A DNA stretch of 64,000 nucleotides from an uncultured cyanobacterium (lineage in GTDB: Bacteria > Cyanobacteriota > Cyanobacteriia > Cyanobacteriales > CAWCAG01), in assembly GCA_963793425.1 (NCBI GenBank), contig CAWCAG010000003.1:1-64000 (forward strand). The letters run 5' to 3'. The notes under the pieces were generated by a model. It worked only from the letters and a program-made list of their open reading frames with translations, had not been told where the DNA came from and made no database searches. Below are positions 57,026 to 64,000 of this stretch, piece after piece. A program made the position numbers and the translations under genes. The stretch's first letter is position 1, and each line of letters opens with the position of its first letter.

Positions 57026-57692
57026 TTAAGAATAATCGCTCTCTAATTTTTCCTGCTGGGAGGGCGAACAACCCTCAGCAGACTCTAGGCCGTCATAAAA
57101 CTCGAACACGACATACCCCAGCATCGATAAGCTCGATACCGCACCCCTCACTTGCTCAGTTGTCACTTCCAAGTATTTTTGTAATTCATCGAGATTACGA
57201 TAACCCAATATCTCTTGTATTATCCTTAACGGTATCCCCGCATTACTCATCTGAGTCAAAGCTGTCCGACGAAAACTATAGGTACTCACCCCTTCTATCC
57301 CCAACTTCTCACAACTCACCCTCAAGATCCTCGCTGCGCTATCTGGGTTGATATGACTCTTGCCATGACGACCAGGAAACAAAAACCGACCCCTCGGTGA
57401 TGGATAGTAAGAAACTAGTAAGGTTCTTAATTCCTCATTTATTGGTATGGCACGGGTATCTAGCTGTCCTTTGGTATTAGCTTTACGAAAGATGATTTCT
57501 CCCCTAAGTTTTCCTTTGCCGTTGTAGACATCCTTAAAATTCCAAGGTAAAAGCTTCATTAATACGACAGGCGGTGTAAAGACAAACTTCAAACAAAGCC
57601 CGATCTCTAGAGTTAGTTAACCCTTGGCTAAATAGCAACTGAATCTCTTCTAAGGTAAGAATTTTTGCTCTACCGTGCCTATTGATTTTCAT
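57026..57692 (-). pseudogene. Tyrosine recombinase, frameshifted and catalytically degenerate
   Basis: MKINRHGRAKILT..RDRALF..TACRINEA, frameshift at ~57545; STYSFRR and LGYRNL where His is expected. Confidence 0.85.
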
Positions 57693-57730
57693 TTCATGAT
57701 GTCCCTACACCCTCACACGAAGTCATACTA

Positions 57731-58942
57731 CTAGTCTGTCAAAGTAATAATGACGGATAATGTGAGATGTAAATCTTGCCAAATCTACGCTATTAATGCC
57801 AGCTAAAAAATATATTGTCTCTCTGAGTGAGGATGAACGCTTTTCACTGCAAGAATTAACCCAAAAAGGGAAAGCTGCTGCCCGAAAAATTAATCATGCT
57901 CGTATCTTACTCAAAGCAGATATTAATCAAGATAACGGGGGGTGGAATGACCAGATGATTAGCCAAGCATTGGATATCAGTACGAGAACCATTGAGAGAG
58001 TTAGACAAAGATTTGTCGAAGAAGGATTAGAACAAGCACTGAGTCCTGGTCGGAAAAACTCCTTGAAACTAAAAAAGATAGATGGAGAAGCTGAAGCTCA
58101 TTTAATTGCCATAGCTTGTGGGAAATCTCCAACAGGTTCTAGCCGTTGGACTTTACGATTACTAGCTGACGAAATGGTGGTTTTAGGATATGTGGAAAGT
58201 ATTTCTCATGAAAGTGTTAGACAAGTCTTAAAAAAAACGAAATCAAACCTTGGCTGCAAGAATGTTGGGTAATTCCTCCTCAAGCTAATGCAGAGTTTGT
58301 TTGTCAGATGGAAGAAGTTTTAGAGCTTTATACCCGCCCCTATGACCCTTGTTACCCGTTAGTTTGCTTTGACGAAAGCTCTAAACAATTAATTTCCGAA
58401 ACGCGACAACCCCTAACTGCTGAACCTGGAAAACCTGAACGCTTTGATTATCAATACCAACGAGAAGGAGTGAGAAATTTATTCATGTTTTTTGAACCTT
58501 TAAAAGCTTGGAGACACGTTGAGGTAACTGACCAACGTACCAGCATCGATTATGCTCAACAAATGAAATACTTAGTGGATGAATGTTACCCAGAGGCTAT
58601 CAAAATTCGAGTGGTTCAAGATAACCTAAATACTCATGTCAAAGCCTCATTGTACAAAGCATTTTGCCCTTGTGAAGCTCGCCGAATACTAGACAAATTA
58701 GAGTTTTACTATACTCCTAAACATGGTAGTTGGTTAAATATGGCTGAAATTGAATTGAGTGTTTTAAACAGGCAATGTCTTAATCGGCGTATTCCTTTTG
58801 AGGAGACTTTAATCCAGGAAGTGCAGGCTTGGGAGCAACGAAGGAATCGAACTTCAACTCCAGTCGATTGGCAATTTACCACTGAAGATGCTCGCATCAA
58901 GTTAACTAAATTGTATCCGTCAGTTTCTTCTTGACAGACTAC
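57731..58942 (+). mobile_element. IS630-family element, inverted copy of 15626-16837
   Basis: Same 1212 bp length, identical proteins, TA flanks. Confidence 0.95.
57796..58934 (+). CDS. IS630 transposase (orfA 57796-58272, orfB 58308-58934)
   Basis: Identical translations to the 15.6-16.8 kb copy. Confidence 0.92.
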
Positions 58943-59015
58943 TACTAGAAGTGCCAGCTTAGAGACGAGGGCAAAGCTGCGCTCGTCCTTACTCTTAAAA
59001 TCAAGACCTCTTCAC

Positions 59016-59306
59016 CTAAGCATCTACTAGCTCTATTTGCAGGCGCTTACCCAAAATTGAGGCGGCACGGTCTATAGTTTTTAGGGTGACAGAAGTGTTG
59101 TTTGGATTGAGAAGCCTATCTAGGGAGGATCTACTGGTACTCATGGCTTCTGCCATCTGAGTTTTACTCATTCCACGTTTGTTCATTTCTTGAGTAATCT
59201 GCCACGCTATAACTCGCTTGAGTGCTACGGCAGTAACCTCTGATAAAATGCCTTCTTCTTCAAGAAATTCGTCAAAGGAAGAGCCTATATGAATATTCTT
59301 AGTCAT
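59016..59306 (-). CDS. XRE/HTH antitoxin (HigA-like)
   Basis: HIGSSFDEFLEEEG, MSKTQMAEAMSTSRSSLDRLL, SVTLKTI. Confidence 0.85.
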   Translation of the reverse strand: MTKNIHIGSSFDEFLEEEGILSEVTAVALKRVIAWQITQEMNKRGMSKTQMAEAMSTSRSSLDRLLNPNNTSVTLKTIDRAASILGKRLQIELVDA

Positions 59307-59655
59307 CTTTTTGAGCCTCTAATTTGTTTTTCCTTTGGCGTGCTTTGTCTAAATATTCTGTGGGAGTTTTTTGGGTTTTCTTGATAAATCCATGTAATAA
59401 AATCATCTGTCCTTCATAGATACAGAACAAGACCCTGGCTATTTTGTCTGTAGGAAGATTAGAACGAACTTCGTAGAGTCCTTTGCCCAAAGGACGACAA
59501 GTAGGCATTCCTACAGGCCATCCAAACTCAACAGTTTTAATGTCGTTACCTATTACTCTCCTTTCTGATGCCTCTAACCCTAGAAGCCATTCTCGAACAG
59601 GGAGCTTTCCCGTTTCGGTTTGAAAGAATTTGGCAGGTAGACGCTTATTGCTCAT
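59299..59655 (-). CDS. RelE/ParE-superfamily toxin (Gp49/HigB-like)
   Basis: PVREWL, GWPVGMP, GLYEVRS, ARVLF, LLHGFIKKTQKTP; overlaps the antitoxin start. Confidence 0.9.
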   Translation of the reverse strand: MSNKRLPAKFFQTETGKLPVREWLLGLEASERRVIGNDIKTVEFGWPVGMPTCRPLGKGLYEVRSNLPTDKIARVLFCIYEGQMILLHGFIKKTQKTPTEYLDKARQRKNKLEAQKDD

Positions 59656-59699
59656 ATTTGATTATTGTACCTAAAAAGGTACTTGAAACAATACTCTCT

Positions 59700-60179
59700 T
59701 TACCCCACCCAAAAATAAATCCCAGCAAGTGATAACCAAACAGGAGTTAGTTGACGAAAGAACAAACTTAGAACTAAAGTCAAAATCAAAGCCCCTACAT
59801 GAGCATGAAGGTCAAAGATTAGCCTCCCAGAAACCTCTCTAACTCCATTCCATTTAGCCTGCTTCTTACTTTTGAAATGGTTAATTATCTCTCGTTCCAA
59901 CAGCAACAATTTCTCTTGTGAGTAGCTAGGAAGAGGAAGATAATAGAGCCTTGCCCAAGGTAGTAATTGAGCTTTAGACAGCTTGTGATGTGTGTAGAAT
60001 CCGCTACTATTCCAACGAGCATTAAGGTTGCTACTCATTCCCACATAAACTACTTCCCAGAAAGAAATTAATAGATAAATTCCTGGTTCTTTAGGTAACT
60101 GCTTTCGCTTCCATAACCAGACAGATTTGAGTGAAAGTCTGGGGTGTTTTAACTTGTACCTGGTTATCGCATTTAACAT
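59700..60179 (-). CDS. GIY-YIG nuclease-like protein with hydrophobic C-terminus
   Basis: LPKEPGIY..VVYVGMSSNLNARW..LEREII..WN. Confidence 0.75.
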   Translation of the reverse strand: MLNAITRYKLKHPRLSLKSVWLWKRKQLPKEPGIYLLISFWEVVYVGMSSNLNARWNSSGFYTHHKLSKAQLLPWARLYYLPLPSYSQEKLLLLEREIINHFKSKKQAKWNGVREVSGRLIFDLHAHVGALILTLVLSLFFRQLTPVWLSLAGIYFWVG

Positions 60180-60200
60180 TTATGTTCATTCCCTCAAACA

Positions 60201-60229
60201 AAAGCAGCAGAATTTCAGTCTGCTGCTTT
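60201..60229. terminator. Terminator-like hairpin
   Basis: AAAGCAGCAGA-ATTTCAG-TCTGCTGCTTT. Confidence 0.65.
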
Positions 60230-60247
60230 ATTACCAGTTATTTGCTA

Positions 60248-62455
60248 TCACCGCTTAACGGCAGTACTACGGCTAAAGGTCTTTTGCTGACAATTAGAGT
60301 TAAGGCAGTAAAAACGTGTTTTACCTCTGGGTTTAGTATTTCCGCTACCACAACTAGGGCAATGATATTTAATAGTATCTTGGACATCAGACTGCCTGGA
60401 CAGACTACCGCCTATAGGGAAATCTGTCCGAAATTCTGTCGGGTCAGACATCTCTCTACTAGTAAGTGCTTCAGGATTTACACCTTCTATCGCTTGTCCG
60501 AGTTGGGCAGCGCTTGGACACTTAAATTCGTTGCTACGTTCTTGAGCTAAACTAACAGTATCATAATCAAAAGAATAGCTATCTAGGCTAGGTAGAAAGA
60601 ATAGCTTTGGTGAGCGCTCATCTGCAACTAAAACGAGACGGTATTCTTTGGCTTCATTGCCAATTAGTTTGTTTTGATTGATTATCCACTCTTCTATATC
60701 TTCTAAGGTTGAACCTATCTTTTCTATGTTTTTGTTGCCGAGCTTTTTACCGTACATATCAACATATTCCCTAATCATCTTCGCTCCAAAGACAATCTCA
60801 GTAAAAAGGGTGTTTCTGTCGTTATTGGTGAAGCCTGGTAATACTTTGGTGTTAACTGATTGCCCAGCGATTATGAAGCCCATGTTAGTGTGGTGAGCTT
60901 GTTTTAAACAGGTTTTGAATTTCTCTCCTAACTCTTTGGGGTTACTAGCAGACATGAGGGAATTATCAAATTCATCCCATACCCACAAATCAAAGATTTC
61001 TTTACGGTAAGCTACGTTCTTTTCTCTATATTTCCATTCTTTTTCAAAGTCAACAAAAGATTGGTGGGAAGCTTCCCAAGTCCGATAATGCAAGAAGGGG
61101 TCTAGGGGATAGTTTACGTCTTTTTCACTACCATCTCGACCAGGATAGCTCACCTTGATGTTCATCAAAGGGACTTTCCTACCAGTTGGTTTGTTGGCGA
61201 CTTTACCACCAATTTTTAACAGGTGAGAAACTAAGACGATGATGGTTGGGCTTTTGCCACTACCAGGTTTAGCTATTAACCTGAACCTGTAAGACTGGTT
61301 TTCTAGGTACTGTAGAAATTCTTCAGGAGTACCTACTAAATCTTTAATGCTGTCTTGGGTTAGTGCTGGAAGTACCCGAAATGAGACAACTAAAAGAGCC
61401 GATAGTGGTGACTTCTCAAACTTAGTGATTTTATGGATTCCTAAATGTTGAGTCAATCGTTCCTGCTGGCTCTTGATAAAGCTCAAGATGGCTTCCGGGG
61501 AGTGTTTACTTGAGTAGCTAAAGCCAACGCTACTAATCCCGTTGTAATCGCCTTTAAGCCCTTCTAGCTTTAAAGGAATGGTCTGTTTAGATAAATCCCA
61601 AACTTCACGAGCAAATGCCCCTCCGAGTTTAATAATTGGGTCTAATGAGTCTTTGGGGTAATCAGGTTCTAGTAACTCACCATCTTTTTCTCTTTGTAGG
61701 AACTGGATTTGAGTTTCTCGCAGTTTGATAATCTTTCTTAAAGCAAGGGATTCTTCGTTAAATTGATGCCTGAATTTGTGTAGCAGTTCGTTATAGTTCT
61801 CTGCTGCCTGTCTACATCCTTGGGTCTTTAAACGTACCTCATCACGGCATTTGAGAATGATTCGCCGATACTCAGCGTCTAAAGAGCGCTGCTCCTTGAG
61901 CAAATTAAAGTCCTCATGACAAATCTGCTGAATATTTGTTTGCTTGATACGGGCTACTTCTGAGGCAATTTCTTCACTCAAGTCTTCTTCGTATTTCTTC
62001 GCCCATTCGGTAAGCTCAGAGTTTAAAGAGTCTATTTTTTCTTGGTTAGAGGCTATCGCCCGCTTTAGTTTCTCAATGTTAAATTTCAGATTATCAATTT
62101 GCTGAGTCTGTACATTAGCGAATAACCCTACTTGTTCTAATTTCTTTTTCTTACCTTGGAGTTGAGCTTTGTGATACTTTAAATCCCCTAAAAGCTCCTC
62201 ATTTTTCATCTCTAGTCTGTAGAGCCTATTTAACTCTATTTTCTTCTCAGCTAGCGCCCTATCAACCTTAGAAAACTTTTTGGTAGCACGCTCATCCATT
62301 AAAAAACTAGCTATACCCGCAGCAGGTAATGCCCCTAATACAGAAGCCGCCGCTATTTTCCCAGGAGAGGTAGTTACTGCTGCTCCAAACAGAAAACCGA
62401 TGGCGGCACTACAAGAAATACCGCCAATTGTTAGAATTAAATCTTCTTTTTTCAT
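60248..62455 (-). CDS. Membrane-anchored coiled-coil P-loop ATPase (FtsK/HerA-like) with C-terminal zinc ribbon
   Basis: Two N-terminal TM, long coiled coil, Walker A AKPGSGKS, Walker B LWVWDE, IIAGQS, CPSC..CLNSNC. Confidence 0.7.
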   Translation of the reverse strand: MKKEDLILTIGGISCSAAIGFLFGAAVTTSPGKIAAASVLGALPAAGIASFLMDERATKKFSKVDRALAEKKIELNRLYRLEMKNEELLGDLKYHKAQLQGKKKKLEQVGLFANVQTQQIDNLKFNIEKLKRAIASNQEKIDSLNSELTEWAKKYEEDLSEEIASEVARIKQTNIQQICHEDFNLLKEQRSLDAEYRRIILKCRDEVRLKTQGCRQAAENYNELLHKFRHQFNEESLALRKIIKLRETQIQFLQREKDGELLEPDYPKDSLDPIIKLGGAFAREVWDLSKQTIPLKLEGLKGDYNGISSVGFSYSSKHSPEAILSFIKSQQERLTQHLGIHKITKFEKSPLSALLVVSFRVLPALTQDSIKDLVGTPEEFLQYLENQSYRFRLIAKPGSGKSPTIIVLVSHLLKIGGKVANKPTGRKVPLMNIKVSYPGRDGSEKDVNYPLDPFLHYRTWEASHQSFVDFEKEWKYREKNVAYRKEIFDLWVWDEFDNSLMSASNPKELGEKFKTCLKQAHHTNMGFIIAGQSVNTKVLPGFTNNDRNTLFTEIVFGAKMIREYVDMYGKKLGNKNIEKIGSTLEDIEEWIINQNKLIGNEAKEYRLVLVADERSPKLFFLPSLDSYSFDYDTVSLAQERSNEFKCPSAAQLGQAIEGVNPEALTSREMSDPTEFRTDFPIGGSLSRQSDVQDTIKYHCPSCGSGNTKPRGKTRFYCLNSNCQQKTFSRSTAVKR

Positions 62456-62631
62456 TGTTTTTTAGCCCCTAGTGATAACAGGGGCTACTCCTTGATTACA
62501 CCAAATCAACTCATCAAAAACCAAATAAAAAGTCAACGAGAATTTCTCAAACCAAAAGTACCTCTAGCCTTAACCTTTACCCTTTACCCCTTCCCCTTTC
62601 TTCACCCGTCAATCGAAAATTGACAAACAGA

Positions 62632-63294
62632 TCACCCATACTCACCTAACTTCTTTTGAAAAAGCTCCAATTCACCATCCAACTCATTGAGTTTGGTTTG
62701 GCTATCTTCTAGTTGATTAACCTGAATCTGTAACTCCAGGGCTAACTGCCCTTTGCTGATGGCGTTAGAGGCTATATCTTTGTAAGTTTTGGCTCTATTG
62801 AGGTCGTAGGCTATCGCTGCTTGTTTAGTGCCTTCTATATCGCTCTGTAGCCCGATATAATTACCTTTTGATTGCTCAATAGTACGTTGGGTCGAAATGG
62901 CTGTGTTGAAAGCTTTGGCTCTGTCTCCAATAGCTCCATAAATGCTATTGTCGAGCTTGTATTTCTGGCGATGTAAGTCAACGGCATAGTTAGCCATCTC
63001 GTATTTGGTAGAGGCTTTGCTGTAAGTAGCTTTTGTTACTCCAGGAAGGCTCTCCGGAGGATTGAGCGGGTCATCAACCTCATAGTCTTTTAAAGGAAAT
63101 TCAGGGGTATTAAATGAGGCATCAGCTAAATTAAATTCTGAAATACCTGGTATTTCGACCTTTCCAGATTTGATTATCTCTTCTGTTTTGAAAGGCGCTT
63201 TCCCTCGTCTCACTTCTTTAGTGCCTTGTCTAGTCAGGGTATTAGCTATTTTTGCAGCCCTGGTAGAAATAATTCCTGTAGATTTTTCAGCCAT
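62632..63294 (-). CDS. Hypothetical coiled-coil protein
   Basis: 220 aa ORF in the same run as the ATPase. Confidence 0.7.
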   Translation of the reverse strand: MAEKSTGIISTRAAKIANTLTRQGTKEVRRGKAPFKTEEIIKSGKVEIPGISEFNLADASFNTPEFPLKDYEVDDPLNPPESLPGVTKATYSKASTKYEMANYAVDLHRQKYKLDNSIYGAIGDRAKAFNTAISTQRTIEQSKGNYIGLQSDIEGTKQAAIAYDLNRAKTYKDIASNAISKGQLALELQIQVNQLEDSQTKLNELDGELELFQKKLGEYG

Positions 63295-63470
63295 GATTTC
63301 CTGTTGCTAATAAGGGTGTTCGCTTTGATCTCAAGTTTGCGATGGCGCTCATCAAGTTCAAAGAGTTTTTGGTCTAGCCATTCCTCAAATTTGAATTCTT
63401 CTAAGCCATCTTCAATCTGCTCTAAGTCAGCTTCAGGAGGGGATTCAGTTGGTTCTGGGAGATTATTCAT
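63246..63470 (-). CDS. Small acidic hypothetical protein
   Basis: Overlaps both neighbours; GAGG RBS upstream. Confidence 0.55.
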   Translation of the reverse strand: MNNLPEPTESPPEADLEQIEDGLEEFKFEEWLDQKLFELDERHRKLEIKANTLISNRKSWLKNLQELFLPGLQK

Positions 63471-63696
63471 CTAGTCCCTCCCGTTTACGCTGTAATGCCT
63501 GTATTTTCTGGTCGAGTTCTGCTTGTTTTTTTTCTAAGGATGATAGGGATTCATCAAGCCAGTCTGGTGGTTGTGTCATTGCTTCTACTTCTTGATTGAG
63601 TTGTTGAAGTCTTTGCTCTAACTCTGGGGTTGTGGGAGGGGATGAATAAAGGTCCTCTAGCCTCTTTTTGTTTTCATTCAGTTCTTCTGGGGTCAT
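63463..63696 (-). CDS. Small coiled-coil hypothetical protein
   Basis: 77 aa heptad-rich ORF overlapping the next gene. Confidence 0.6.
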   Translation of the reverse strand: MTPEELNENKKRLEDLYSSPPTTPELEQRLQQLNQEVEAMTQPPDWLDESLSSLEKKQAELDQKIQALQRKREGLDE

Positions 63697-64000
63697 AATT
63701 AACGCTCTTGAGCTAATAGCTAGGGTTTACTGAGTATTCAAAACCAAACATATATCTCCCCAACTGTTTTTCTTTAGCGTCCAGCCCCTCTACACTGAGA
63801 CGGTTGGGCTGTTAGAGGCACTGAGTCACTATTATTAGCCCAAAATACTGTTATTACCGCTATTCCTAGAGCTAGGGCTATACAGCCTACCCCGTATAAC
63901 GTTTTAATGCCTGGGTATTTTCTTTTATTCATTGCTATGATTAGGTTTGAGTGAGTTAAGTTAATGAGCTTACGCTGCTTGTTTTGCTTGCTCAGAGGTG

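Noticed and set aside
15626..58942. Inverted near-identical IS630 copies bracketing ~41 kb as a composite transposon or past inversion
   Set aside because: The left copy sits inside an ExeA gene that is contiguous on both sides with its own TA duplication, so these are independent insertions

Overview
AT-rich cyanobacterial DNA (HIP1 GCGATCGC sites, heptamer STRR repeats, cyanobacterial IS types), most likely from a large plasmid. (1) 0.3-9.3 kb: a type III-B variant CRISPR-Cas locus with HD-less Cas10/Cmr2, Cmr3, Cmr4, Cmr5, a Cmr6-Cmr1 fusion and a CARF-like/HEPN effector, followed by a leader and a 14-repeat array. No cas1, cas2 or cas6 is in the window. (2) 9.3-19.2 kb: decayed and nested mobile elements (IS4/IS50-like, ISAzo13, several IS630, a Mu/Tn552-like end with an ExeA ATPase remnant). 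(3) 19.9-55.6 kb: a polymorphic-toxin island. It centres on one ~21.8 kb (~7,280 aa) Rhs/adhesin gene split by a cluster of 1-bp deletions that look like sequencing errors. Downstream are candidate immunity genes and an orphan Rhs-Hint-toxin/immunity cassette; divergently upstream are a tandem-PqqD/RRE M50 peptidase, an HlyD adaptor, a TpsA-like protein and a hypothetical gene. (4) 55.6-64 kb: plasmid backbone with type Ib parA/RHH plus octamer centromere repeats, a dead tyrosine recombinase, IS630, a RelE/HTH toxin-antitoxin pair, a GIY-YIG protein and an FtsK/HerA-like ATPase operon. Best novelty candidates: the RRE-M50/HlyD module as an ABC-less export/maturation route for the giant toxin, a 50-nt element inserted into the frameshift A-tracts of two unrelated ISs, and a possibly signalling-only type III complex. 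All family calls come from motif recognition by eye, not database searches.
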